Both the position numbers and the translations under genes were made by a program. From Vulcanimicrobiota bacterium (lineage in GTDB: Bacteria; Vulcanimicrobiota; Vulcanimicrobiia; Eremiobacterales; Eremiobacteraceae): DNA of 64,000 nucleotides. Below, piece by piece: positions 10,572 to 19,176 of the stretch. Where the stretch lies: assembly GCA_963805945.1 (NCBI GenBank), contig CAWDVP010000006.1, positions 416,001 through 480,000 of the forward strand. Direction: 5' to 3'. The notes below the pieces were generated by a model, which was not told the origin of the DNA, made no database searches, and saw only the letters and a list, made by a program, of their open reading frames with translations. Within the stretch, counting starts at the first letter, position 1. Every line of letters starts with the position of its first letter.

Positions 10572-11137
10572 CCGGAGCCGTCGCCGCGTGCCATGAGATC
10601 GCGGGCCTTGAGCTGCGCCATGCGCGGCACGTTCGCCGGGTAATAGCCGTCCGGATGGTGCGACATCCAAAGCTTCGCCCGCACGGCGATGAACTCGAAG
10701 TTCTCGAAGGCAGCCGGACCGAACTGCTCTCGCATCGATCCGATAGCCGGTTCCAGGTCATCCCATGAGCGCACCACTTGCGGCGCGGCGATGTCGAGCC
10801 ACGACTGCTCGTCGATCAATGCGTACTTGGTGAACGACCCGATCTGCTCCCAATAGTCGGCGACCAACAGCTCCGGGTGATCTGCCCGCGAGACGCCGCG
10901 CTCCTGGAATTGCGCCAGGAACTTCGGGTCTTTGAACTTCTCCTGCAGGACGCCGCGCACGTATTGGATGTGGTTTTGCATATCGGGCGTATCCCACATC
11001 TGCATCAGCGTCAGCAGCACGTTGAGCTGGTTGCCGGAGCGCAAGTGGCGCAGCTGGACGACCGCGGCGATCGCCGTCGCGGCGATGACCGCGAAGGTCG
11101 CGCCCGCGAAGATCGTGTTCCAGAGCTCAAGGGACAT
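10568..11137 (-). CDS. DUF4760-like single-TM protein (array copy 3)
   Basis: MSLELWNTIF...QLRHLRSGNQ, DYWEQIG, FENFEF, HPDGYYP. Confidence 0.82.
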   Translation of the reverse strand: MSLELWNTIFAGATFAVIAATAIAAVVQLRHLRSGNQLNVLLTLMQMWDTPDMQNHIQYVRGVLQEKFKDPKFLAQFQERGVSRADHPELLVADYWEQIGSFTKYALIDEQSWLDIAAPQVVRSWDDLEPAIGSMREQFGPAAFENFEFIAVRAKLWMSHHPDGYYPANVPRMAQLKARDLMARGDGSG

Positions 11138-11693
11138 CCGGCGCGACGTCCTCCGGATAGGGATCGATCACGGGCAGGCGCGGCGCATCCTTGGGAAACG
11201 TGTCCGGGTGTTTCGCCTCCCAAATGATCGCGCGCGACACGGTGTACTCGAAGTTGTCGTACGCCGTCGGCCCCCGCTTGCGACGGATGATGGCGATCAC
11301 GGGCATCATCCTGTTCCACGCGGCGATCGCCGTGAAACCGCCGCTTTCCATGAAGGCCCGTTCCTCGGTGTAGCCCAACTTGAGCATCCCGCCGAGCGAC
11401 TCCCAAAAGTCGATGTACGAGACTTCCGGATGCGCGATGCGATCGATCGGCGCGCGCATCAGCCCGGCGCGATATTCCGGGTCCTCGAGCCTCTTCTCGA
11501 CCTCGCCGCTGAAGACGTACGCTTGGAGCTTTCTCGCTTCGGGGCCAGCCCATTTGTCGAACAGACCCAAGGTGGCGCTGATCTGATTACCCGCTCGCAT
11601 GTGCCGGAGCTGGATGACCGCCGCGATCGCAGACGCCGCGATCACGACGAGCGTGCCGAAGGTCGAAAGCGCGGAGATCTCTTCCCAATTCAT
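11127..11693 (-). CDS. DUF4760-like single-TM protein (array copy 2)
   Basis: Start MNWEEISALS at 11693 (ATGA overlap); QLRHMRAGNQ, DFWESLG, YDNFEY, HPDTFP. Confidence 0.82.
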   Translation of the reverse strand: MNWEEISALSTFGTLVVIAASAIAAVIQLRHMRAGNQISATLGLFDKWAGPEARKLQAYVFSGEVEKRLEDPEYRAGLMRAPIDRIAHPEVSYIDFWESLGGMLKLGYTEERAFMESGGFTAIAAWNRMMPVIAIIRRKRGPTAYDNFEYTVSRAIIWEAKHPDTFPKDAPRLPVIDPYPEDVAPDVP

Positions 11694-12271
11694 GCGTGCG
11701 GCGCTCCCGCGCCGTGTGTTGCGGCATCGCTCACCTCCGGCAACGGCAGCCGCTCCATGTGTTTTGGAAATGCGCCGCCGGGGTGCCGGCGGCCGAAATC
11801 GCGGCTGCGAATCGCGAGATATTCGAAGTTCTCCCACAACGCCGGTCCGCTTAGGCTGCTCCTGCGCATCAACGCGATCGTCATGCCGAGACGATCCCAG
11901 TCGGCGCTCACCACCCCTCCGGCGAGGTCGAGAAACGGATCTGCTTGGATCAAACCATACTTGACCAGGGTGCCTACCTGCTCCCACCAGGTGATGATGC
12001 GCACCTCGGGATGCACGGACCAATCGTTGGCCGACGTGTCAAGGGAGCGTGCATAGCCGGGATCCTTGAACCTATCGGCGAGCCCCACACGCACCTGGTG
12101 GGCGGCTGCGCGCATCTCGGCGCCATCCCACATCTCGTTGAGCTTGAGCATCGCCTGCAGCTGATTGCTCGCCTGCAGGTGGCGCAACTGGATCAACGCT
12201 GCCACTGCAGTGGCGGCGATCACGACGAACGTGCCGACCGCTGCGAGGGTGCCTATCAACTCCAGCGACAT
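11690..12271 (-). CDS. DUF4760-like single-TM protein (array copy 1)
   Basis: MSLELIGTLAA...QLRHLQASNQ, WWEQVG, WENFEY, HPGGAFP; own RBS GGAGAG. Confidence 0.82.
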   Translation of the reverse strand: MSLELIGTLAAVGTFVVIAATAVAALIQLRHLQASNQLQAMLKLNEMWDGAEMRAAAHQVRVGLADRFKDPGYARSLDTSANDWSVHPEVRIITWWEQVGTLVKYGLIQADPFLDLAGGVVSADWDRLGMTIALMRRSSLSGPALWENFEYLAIRSRDFGRRHPGGAFPKHMERLPLPEVSDAATHGAGAPHA

Positions 12272-12283
12272 TGCGACTCTCCG

Positions 12284-12320
12284 AAAAAAAGACGAGGGCC
12301 GGGAAACGACCCGGCCCTCC
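12284..12320 (-). terminator. Intrinsic terminator after clpC
   Basis: Minus GAGGGCCGGG-TCGTTT-CCCGGCCCTC then GTCTTTTTTT. Confidence 0.75.
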
Positions 12321-12358
12321 TTCTTTGCGGCGCGCTCGGCGCCTTGCAGACGCGGGCG

Positions 12359-14857
12359 CTATGGACCGGATTGTTTGAGTTCCGGCTCCGGCGCCGGCGG
12401 CTTGAGCGGCTCGCCGATCTTGCGGAACACGGGCTTGCCGTCTTCGGCGTCGAGCAGGATGTGATCGCCGAGCTTGAACGTGCCGCGCAGCAGCTCTTCG
12501 GACAGCGGATCTTCCACCAGCCGGCCGATCGCGCGCCGCAGCGGCCGCGCGCCGAAGGCCGGATCCCAGCCTTCTTTGGCGATGAGTTCGCGCGCCGCTT
12601 CGGTCGCCTCGAGCGTCATGTGCTGGTTCTCCAGCTCCTTGACGACCTTGGCGAGCTCGAGCGTGACGATCTGCTTGATCTCGTCGACGTCGAGCGGATG
12701 GAAGACGACGACCTCGTCCACGCGGTTGAGGAACTCGGGCCGGAAGATGTGCTTGATCTCTTCCAGTATCTTGTTCTTCATCCGCTCGTAGCGGACCGCG
12801 GCCGAGCCTTCTTCTTTCACCGGGCGGAAGCCGATGTCGGAGTTCTTCTGCAGCCCGATCGCGCCGATGTTGCTCGTCATGACGATGAGCGTGTTCTTGA
12901 AGTCGACCGCCCGGCCTTGCGAGTCGGTGAGCCGGCCGTCTTCGAGCACCTGCAGCAGCAGGTTGAACACGTCCGGATGCGCCTTCTCGATCTCGTCGAG
13001 CAGCACGACCGTGTACGGCCGGCGCCGCACCGCTTCGGTGAGCTGGCCGCCCTCTTCGTAGCCGACGTAGCCGGGAGGCGCGCCGACCAGCCGCGACACC
13101 GCGTACTTCTCCATGTACTCGGACATGTCGATGCGCACCATCGACTCCGGATCGTCGAACATGAACTCTGCGAGCGTGCGCGCGAGCTCGGTCTTGCCGA
13201 CGCCCGTCGGACCGAGGAAGATGAACGAACCGATCGGCCGTTTGGGGTTCTTCAACCCCGCGCGCGCGCGCCGGATGGCGCGCGAGATGACCTTGATCGC
13301 CTCGTCCTGGCCGACGATGCGCTTGTGCAGCACGTCGCCCATGTTGAGCAGTTTGGCGGTCTCTTCTTCTTTGAGCTTGCTGACCGGGATGCGCGTCCAG
13401 GTGGAGACGATGTGCGCGATCTCCTCGGGCCCGACCGAGTTGGTCTTCTCGCCCTTGAGGTTGCGCTTTTCGACCCACTCTGCTTCCATCTGGGCCTTCT
13501 TGGCGCGCAGCTTTTCCTCGCGGTCGCGGATCTGCGCCGCGCGTTCGAATTCTTGCGCCTTGATGGCCGCTTCTTTCTCCGCCTTGACCTTGCGGATCTC
13601 GGTCTCGACGTCGCGGATCTCCGGCGGCAGTGAAGTGGACTGCAGCCGCACGCGCGAGGCCGCCTCGTCCATGAGGTCGACCGCCTTGTCGGGCAGGAAG
13701 CGATCGGAGATGTAGCGCGCGGACAGCCGTGCCGCCGCCTCGAGCGCTTCGTCGGTGATCTTGACGCGGTGATGCGCCTCGTAGCGGTCGCGCAGGCCTT
13801 TGAGGATTTCGACGGTCTCCTCGACCGACGGTTCGCCGACCATGATCGACTGGAAGCGGCGCTCGAGCGCCGAGTCCTTCTCGATGTGCTTGCGGAACTC
13901 GTTGAGCGTGGTCGCGCCGATGCACTGCAGCTCGCCGCGCGCGAGCGCCGGCTTGATGATGTTGCTCGCGTCGATCGCGCCTTCGGCGGCGCCCGCACCG
14001 ACAAGCGTGTGCAGCTCGTCGATGAACAGGATGATCTCGCCGCTCGCGCCGCGGATCTCGTCCATGACGCGCTTCATGCGCTCTTCGAACTCGCCGCGGT
14101 ACTTGGTGCCGGCCACCAGGCCCGCAAGGTCCAGCGTGATGACGCGGCGGTCGCGCAGCAGCTCAGGCACATCGCCGGCGATGACGCGCTGCGCCAGGCC
14201 TTCCGCGATGGCCGTCTTGCCGACGCCGGGTTCGCCGATGAGCGCCGGGTTGTTCTTGGTGCGCCGCGAGAGGATCTGCACGACCCGCTCGATCTCGGTG
14301 TTGCGGCCGATGACCGGATCGAGTTTGCCTTCGCGCGCCAGTTGGGTCAGGTCGCGGCCGTAGGCGTCGAGCGTCGGCGTCTTGCTCTTGCCCTTCGACG
14401 CGGTCTGCGTCTGGGTCTCGGCGCCGAGCAGCGACGTCGTCTGCACGCGCACCTTCGCCGGGTCGACGCCCAGGTTGGTGAGCACGCGCGCGGCGACGCC
14501 CTCGCCCTCGCGGATGAGGCCGAGCAGCAGATGCTCCGTGCCGATATAGTTGTGATTGAGCTGGCGCGCTTCTTCGAACGCGAGCTCGATGACCCGCTTC
14601 GCGCGGGGGGTGAACACCATCTCCTGCTGCACGGTCTGACCACCGCGCCCGACGATCGCCTCAACTTCGGCGCGGACCTTCGCCAGGTTGACTCCTAGAG
14701 TTTCCAACACTTTGGCGGCAAGGCTCTCGCCTTCGCTGATGATGCCGAGCAGGATGTGTTCCGTTCCTATGTAGTTGTTGCCGAGGCGCTGGGCTTCTTC
14801 TTGCGCCAGCACGATGCTGCGGCGCGCGCGCTCGGTGAACGGCTCCCACATTGACAT
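12359..14857 (-). CDS. clpC: ATP-dependent Clp protease ATP-binding subunit ClpC
   Basis: Double Clp-N repeats (YIGTEH), Walker A GEPGVGKT and GPTGVGKT, short UVR-type middle domain, IGF loop; start MSMWEPF. Confidence 0.95.
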   Translation of the reverse strand: MSMWEPFTERARRSIVLAQEEAQRLGNNYIGTEHILLGIISEGESLAAKVLETLGVNLAKVRAEVEAIVGRGGQTVQQEMVFTPRAKRVIELAFEEARQLNHNYIGTEHLLLGLIREGEGVAARVLTNLGVDPAKVRVQTTSLLGAETQTQTASKGKSKTPTLDAYGRDLTQLAREGKLDPVIGRNTEIERVVQILSRRTKNNPALIGEPGVGKTAIAEGLAQRVIAGDVPELLRDRRVITLDLAGLVAGTKYRGEFEERMKRVMDEIRGASGEIILFIDELHTLVGAGAAEGAIDASNIIKPALARGELQCIGATTLNEFRKHIEKDSALERRFQSIMVGEPSVEETVEILKGLRDRYEAHHRVKITDEALEAAARLSARYISDRFLPDKAVDLMDEAASRVRLQSTSLPPEIRDVETEIRKVKAEKEAAIKAQEFERAAQIRDREEKLRAKKAQMEAEWVEKRNLKGEKTNSVGPEEIAHIVSTWTRIPVSKLKEEETAKLLNMGDVLHKRIVGQDEAIKVISRAIRRARAGLKNPKRPIGSFIFLGPTGVGKTELARTLAEFMFDDPESMVRIDMSEYMEKYAVSRLVGAPPGYVGYEEGGQLTEAVRRRPYTVVLLDEIEKAHPDVFNLLLQVLEDGRLTDSQGRAVDFKNTLIVMTSNIGAIGLQKNSDIGFRPVKEEGSAAVRYERMKNKILEEIKHIFRPEFLNRVDEVVVFHPLDVDEIKQIVTLELAKVVKELENQHMTLEATEAARELIAKEGWDPAFGARPLRRAIGRLVEDPLSEELLRGTFKLGDHILLDAEDGKPVFRKIGEPLKPPAPEPELKQSGP

Positions 14858-14886
14858 TTGTTCTTCTCGTTCTCCCCCTATAGTCG

Positions 14887-14906
14887 TGCCCGAACGAAGC
14901 TCGGGC
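14887..14906 (+). repeat. Degenerate REP-like palindrome just upstream of the clpC RBS
   Basis: TG-CCCGAAC-GAA-GCTCGGG, one mismatch to the 6616 class; GTAG head degenerate. Confidence 0.55.
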
Positions 14907-14991
14907 CCGAGTACGTCCGTATGTTCGACGCCGCCCGGCAAATCCGCTTCTTCCTAAACGTATTGCTAGGTCACATCGTTTGGCGGGAAAT

Positions 14992-15022
14992 GAAGAGGGG
15001 TGCAGCTCCGGCTGCCCCCTCT
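14992..15022 (-). terminator. Terminator/attenuator-like hairpin in the clpC upstream region
   Basis: Minus AGAGGGGGCAGC-CGGA-GCTGCACCCCTCT then TCATTT (weak U tract). Confidence 0.5.
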
Positions 15023-15046
15023 CCGTATGATCGACGTATCGATTGC

Positions 15047-15230
15047 AGGCCCCAAGAGTGCTCGGTCTTCGCTGCACTGGTGCCCGCTCTTGCGAGCGGG
15101 AGTCGCATCGGCTTTCGCTGGATCGGGCGATGCCCAATCGCTACGCCCGGGTTACGCAATCCGGATGCGAGTCGGTGCTCACGCCGCTCGCTCGCCGATC
15201 AGTGCGCTGTAGAGCGGCCCCTTGAGGCTT
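15047..15230 (-). ncRNA. Candidate multi-helix structured RNA (family not recognised)
   Basis: 5' GCCUCAAGGG pairs with 3' CUCUUGGGGC; nested GCUC/GAGC, GCACUG/CAGUGC, UCGCAUC/GAUGCGA, GAUUGGGC/GCCCGAUC, CCCGCUC-GCAA-GAGCGGG; begins ~7 nt after a -10 box. Confidence 0.6.
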
Positions 15231-15236
15231 ACCCGC

Positions 15237-15265
15237 ATGATACGCCCGAGGTCCGGCAGTGTCAA
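15237..15265 (-). promoter_or_regulatory. Sigma70-type promoter
   Basis: Minus TTGACA-17 nt-TATCAT. Confidence 0.8.
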
Positions 15266-15308
15266 GGCGAACGCCGGAGAAGTTTTCTCGTTCCGCGAAT
15301 GTTTGCGT

Positions 15309-16796
15309 ATGACGGAATCCGGCCACAGCGTCGCCATCGGCCTCGGCTCGAATCTCGGTGATCGGCAAGGCAATCTCACCGGGGCGCTGCAGCGCTTGAG
15401 GAAAGTTATCCACATCCGAAGCGTCTCGCCTGTGTATGAGACGACGCCGGTCGGCTATACCGATCAGCCCGATTTCCTCAATCTCGTGTGCAACGGCACA
15501 ACCGCGCTCTCGCCGCACGACCTGAGCGCCGCGCTTTCGGACATCGAGCGCCGCGTCGGCCGCACGCCCTCATTCCCCATGGGACCGCGCACGATCGACC
15601 TCGACCTCTTGCTGTACGACGATCTCGTCCTGCGCGAGCCGGCGCTCACCATCCCGCATCCGCGCATGACTGCGCGCGCGTTCGTGCTCATCCCGCTGCG
15701 GGATATCGCGCCGGATCTCATCGAGCCGGTGTCGCGCCGCAGCGTCCGCGAGCTCGCCGCCGCGATCGACCCCGCGGGCATGCGGCGTCTGGAAGGCGGT
15801 CTGCTCGCGCGCTTCCGCCGCGACGTCCAGGAGCAGCGTCCGCAGGTGCCCCTCTCGCTCGATCGGGCGGGCGTCACCGGCGTGAAGACGACCGTCTCGC
15901 TCTCTTTGCCTGCGGGCCGGCAGCAGGCGATCGCGACGCTCGACATCTTCGCCGATCTCGACGCGCGGCACAGCGGCGTGCACATGTCGCGCTTCTCCCA
16001 AGACCTCGAAGATGCGCTCGCCGGGCTTTCGGCCGACGCCCAGGTCGGCGGCGAGTCGCTGGCGCTGCTGCTCGCGCAGCGCGTGGTGGAGAGCCAGCGC
16101 GCGGCGATCGCACGTGTCGAGCTGCGCGCCGAGTTCTCGCTGCCGCGTCACACGCCGGCGAGCGGCATCGCGACCAGCGAGTACTACACCATGCTGGCGA
16201 AGGCGGTGGCAGGCGCCGGGTTCGCGCGCAGCTGCGTCGGCGTCGAAGCAGAGGGCATCACCGCCTGCCCGTGCGCGCAGTCGATGGTGGCGGAAGCCGC
16301 TCGCGACCGCCTCGCCGGCGAGGGTTTCTCGGGCGAGCAGATCGAGCGGATCTTGCGCAGCATGCCGATCGCGACGCACAACCAGCGCGGCCGCGGCACG
16401 CTGCTCATCGGCGGCTCGCTGCCCGTGGATCTCGCCGGCATGGTGGAGATCGTGGAGCAGTCGATGTCGTCGGAGACGTATGACCTGCTCAAACGGCCGG
16501 ATGAGCTCTTCGTGGTCAACAAGGCGCACGCCGCGCCGCGCTTCGTCGAAGACGTCGTGCGAGAGATGCTGCGCTACGCGCACGACGCGCTCGCGGGCGC
16601 CCCCGACGATGCGTTCGTGCTGGCCCGTCAGGTGAACTACGAGAGCATCCACAAGCACGACGCGGTGGCCGAATCGAGCGCGCTCGTGGGCGAGCTGCGC
16701 CGCGAGCTGGCCGGCGCCACGGGGGTGACGCATACGACTCTCGAAGAGTGGCTTCACCCGCGAGACTCCGCGGCGTATGTAGGGCCCGAGCTTTAG
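15309..16796 (+). CDS. folK: Fusion: HPPK (FolK) + GTP cyclohydrolase FolE2/MptA family
   Basis: N-terminal IGLGSNLGDR, QPDFLN, GPRTIDLDLL, IPHPRM..RAFVL; C-terminal DVQE, GVHMSRF, TACPCA, THNQRG, LLKRPDE, FVEDVVR, ESIHKH. Confidence 0.9.
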   Translation: MTESGHSVAIGLGSNLGDRQGNLTGALQRLRKVIHIRSVSPVYETTPVGYTDQPDFLNLVCNGTTALSPHDLSAALSDIERRVGRTPSFPMGPRTIDLDLLLYDDLVLREPALTIPHPRMTARAFVLIPLRDIAPDLIEPVSRRSVRELAAAIDPAGMRRLEGGLLARFRRDVQEQRPQVPLSLDRAGVTGVKTTVSLSLPAGRQQAIATLDIFADLDARHSGVHMSRFSQDLEDALAGLSADAQVGGESLALLLAQRVVESQRAAIARVELRAEFSLPRHTPASGIATSEYYTMLAKAVAGAGFARSCVGVEAEGITACPCAQSMVAEAARDRLAGEGFSGEQIERILRSMPIATHNQRGRGTLLIGGSLPVDLAGMVEIVEQSMSSETYDLLKRPDELFVVNKAHAAPRFVEDVVREMLRYAHDALAGAPDDAFVLARQVNYESIHKHDAVAESSALVGELRRELAGATGVTHTTLEEWLHPRDSAAYVGPEL

Positions 16797-16804
16797 CTCG
16801 GGCC
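16778..16804 (+). repeat. REP-like palindrome forming the 3' end of the folK fusion
   Basis: TGTAG-GGCCCGAGC-TTTA-GCTCGGGCC; stop TAG at 16794-16796 lies within it. Confidence 0.8.
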
Positions 16805-16819
16805 GATTGGACAGCACCT

Positions 16820-17827
16820 ATGTGGGATTGGGAACGCGCTTCGATCCCGTACCGGCCGATCTACCTGCGCCGGCTCCGGCGTCGCCGGCTCGTCGCCGCG
16901 CTGCTTATCGCATGCGTCGTCATCCCTGTGTCCGCGTACCTGCACCAGCGCGCCGCCACATCGGTCAGCCAGCGCATCTTCGACGAAGTGGCCTCGACTA
17001 TCTCGTTGCGCTACTACGACCGATCGTACCATGGTGTGGCGTGGCGCGACCTCGCGGCGCAGTATCGCACGCGCATCGTCGACGCCCCGACGACCGCAGC
17101 GCGTTACGCAGCGCTGCGCGAACTTGTCGCGCATCTGCGCGACAGCCACACCGCGGTGTATTCGCCTGACGATCTGCAGCCGCGCCGCGACGAACGCCAT
17201 CACGCCGTCTTCGGGATGTCACCCGATGCCGCGGCCGCGCAAGGCTCGGCGATCGATTGGCGGGTGCTGAAGCCCGGCATCGGCTACCTGCGGATCGGGT
17301 CGTTCCCCGACTCGATCGATGGACTGCTCGGCTGGGCGATGACGGACGTCGGCCGCTATCCGTCGCTCATCCTCGATCTGCGCGGCAACCCGGGTGGCCT
17401 GGTTGATTCTGTCGATGCGGTCGCAGGGCTCTTCCTGCCGCCGGGCACGCTCATCTCGACCGGCACACGGCGTTACCATCTCTTCGGCTCGCAGCGATTC
17501 GTCGCCAGCGGGCGCGCGGGCGGGCCATACGCGGGCAAGCTCATCGTGTTGGTCGACGCGAACAGCCGCAGCGGCGCCGAGTCGCTGGCGCGCGCGCTGC
17601 AATACTATCACCGCGCGACATTAGTGGGGACGCGCACCGCCGGCAAGGTGCTCGGCGTCGACGTCGAGATAACGCTGGCGGACGGCGGCTTGCTGCGCGT
17701 GGCGACGCTGGACATGCGCGCGCCGGACGGACAGCGCCTTGAAGGCAACGGCGTTCAGCCTGATATCTTCGTGGCCGGCCGGGCCGCGCAGTTGCGCACC
17801 GCGCTCGGCGTGCTCAGCGGCCCCTAG
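16820..17827 (+). CDS. S41 family peptidase (CtpA-like) with N-terminal membrane anchor, no obvious PDZ domain
   Basis: LRDSHT, GYLRIGSF, ILDLRGNPGG, SRSGAE, GTRTAGK, LEGNGVQPDI. Confidence 0.88.
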   Translation: MWDWERASIPYRPIYLRRLRRRRLVAALLIACVVIPVSAYLHQRAATSVSQRIFDEVASTISLRYYDRSYHGVAWRDLAAQYRTRIVDAPTTAARYAALRELVAHLRDSHTAVYSPDDLQPRRDERHHAVFGMSPDAAAAQGSAIDWRVLKPGIGYLRIGSFPDSIDGLLGWAMTDVGRYPSLILDLRGNPGGLVDSVDAVAGLFLPPGTLISTGTRRYHLFGSQRFVASGRAGGPYAGKLIVLVDANSRSGAESLARALQYYHRATLVGTRTAGKVLGVDVEITLADGGLLRVATLDMRAPDGQRLEGNGVQPDIFVAGRAAQLRTALGVLSGP

Positions 17828-18198
17828 GTCATACCCGCGACTTTTTCCGTGAGGCGCTTGTAGACGGCGTCGGCGAGATCTTTCTTCTCGACGATCACCG
17901 CCGACGGCGCCGACTTGCGGCACTTGTCGATGTCTTTGGCCGGCACATCCGTGAGGATGACCGGCATGTTGCGCGTGTTGAAACCATCTTTGATGTAGCG
18001 CGCGGCTTCTCGTCCGTGGGAAGGGATCTTCCCGAGCGAGATCACCACCACGTCCGGACGCTCGCGGTTCAGCGTGTCGAAGAAGGTCGGCCAGCGCGGC
18101 TCGTCCTCGACCAGCTTTGCGCCAAGACCGGAGAGCATGTCCCTGTGCGCGACACTTTCGGGGTCACTGCGGAATTGCAAGAGCAGCACTTTGGGCAT
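17824..18198 (-). CDS. Stand-alone receiver-like protein lacking the phosphoacceptor Asp
   Basis: MPKVLLL...RERPDVVVISL...GREAARYIK...TRNMPVILT follows a CheY-like pattern. Confidence 0.65.
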   Translation of the reverse strand: MPKVLLLQFRSDPESVAHRDMLSGLGAKLVEDEPRWPTFFDTLNRERPDVVVISLGKIPSHGREAARYIKDGFNTRNMPVILTDVPAKDIDKCRKSAPSAVIVEKKDLADAVYKRLTEKVAGMT

Positions 18199-18316
18199 AC
18201 GCGCTGAGTTCGCCCGCGAGATGCGCCAGCCCCTTGGAATGATAGTCACACTCGCCGCCGAATGACCCGGACCCGGCCGTGGGCCGGTCCTGATCGAATG
18301 AAATAGGAGAAACCCG

Positions 18317-18685
18317 ATGACGACCGCTGGAGCGACCAAAGTCAAAGGCGTGGACGCGTCCTACTACACGGTGAAGGACATCAAACGCGCGACCAAGTTC
18401 TACAACGAATTGCTCGGCACGGAACCCACCGTGACGGTGGGCGAGAACATCGTCGAGTACACGTTCCCCGATGGCCACACGTTCGGCCTGTACCAGACCG
18501 ACGAGTGGACGCCGCACGGCGGGCTGCTGTTCGCGGTCGATGACGTCCAGGCTGCCGTCGCCGAACACAAGGCGCGCGGCGTCAAGTTCGACGGCGACGG
18601 CCACATCGAGGACACGCCGGTCTGCCACATGGCGTTCGGCGAGGACTCGGAAGGCAACAGCTTCATCATCCACAAGCGTAAGTGA
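18317..18685 (+). CDS. VOC/glyoxalase family protein
   Basis: RATKFYNELLG, FAVDDV, FGEDSEGNSFIIH; RBS AGGAGA. Confidence 0.88.
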   Translation: MTTAGATKVKGVDASYYTVKDIKRATKFYNELLGTEPTVTVGENIVEYTFPDGHTFGLYQTDEWTPHGGLLFAVDDVQAAVAEHKARGVKFDGDGHIEDTPVCHMAFGEDSEGNSFIIHKRK

Positions 18686-18741
18686 CGATCGCATCACTGC
18701 CGCGCACGGCGCGCGGCAGCGTTCGGTCTTGAGGTGATCGC

Positions 18742-19131
18742 ATGGCCACTAAAGGGGCGCGGGGCGTCGACGCGATCTTCTATCGTGCCGATGATCTGGA
18801 GCGCGCGACCACGTTCTACAACGCGCTGCTCGGCATGGAGCCGACGCAGAGCTGGCCGAACTTCGGCGCCGAATACACCCTGCCGAACGGCGAGACGTTC
18901 GGTCTTCTCAAGTTCCCGGACTCGGAACGTTTCGCGCACTACAAGGCGGCCTGGCATGCCGGCGCCGGCGTCATGTTCGCCTTCGACGACCTCGAGGCGA
19001 CGGTCGCCGCGTGCAAGGCGCGCGGCGTGAAGTTCTTCAACGACGGTAAGGTCGAAGAGACGCCCGTCTGCCAGATGGTGTTCGCCGAGGACTCCGAAGG
19101 CAACAGCTTCATCCTGCACAAGCGCAAGTAG
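18742..19131 (+). CDS. VOC/glyoxalase family protein (tandem paralog)
   Basis: RATTFYNALLG, FAEDSEGNSFILHKRK; RBS GAGG. Confidence 0.88.
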   Translation: MATKGARGVDAIFYRADDLERATTFYNALLGMEPTQSWPNFGAEYTLPNGETFGLLKFPDSERFAHYKAAWHAGAGVMFAFDDLEATVAACKARGVKFFNDGKVEETPVCQMVFAEDSEGNSFILHKRK

Positions 19132-19176
19132 CCTTCTGGCGGGTGCGAAAGCCCCGCGCACGGAATCCCCGGCCCC

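Noticed and set aside
10029..12271. Integron cassette array or DGR target set
   Set aside because: Genes overlap directly, leaving no room for attC sites; no integrase, reverse transcriptase or template repeat in the window
1030..14988. Shared 12-mer TCCCGCCAAACG in two intergenic regions (about 1030 and, inverted, about 14977)
   Set aside because: Single 12-mer matches are expected by chance in 64 kb, and orientations relative to the downstream genes differ
15047..15230. tmRNA, SRP RNA or RNase P RNA identity for the structured RNA (GGGGCC near the 5' end)
   Set aside because: No tRNA-like TTCGA/CCA ends or tag ORF, no SRP helix-8 motif, no GAGGAAAGUCC; 6S or raiA-like identity cannot be excluded without a covariance search
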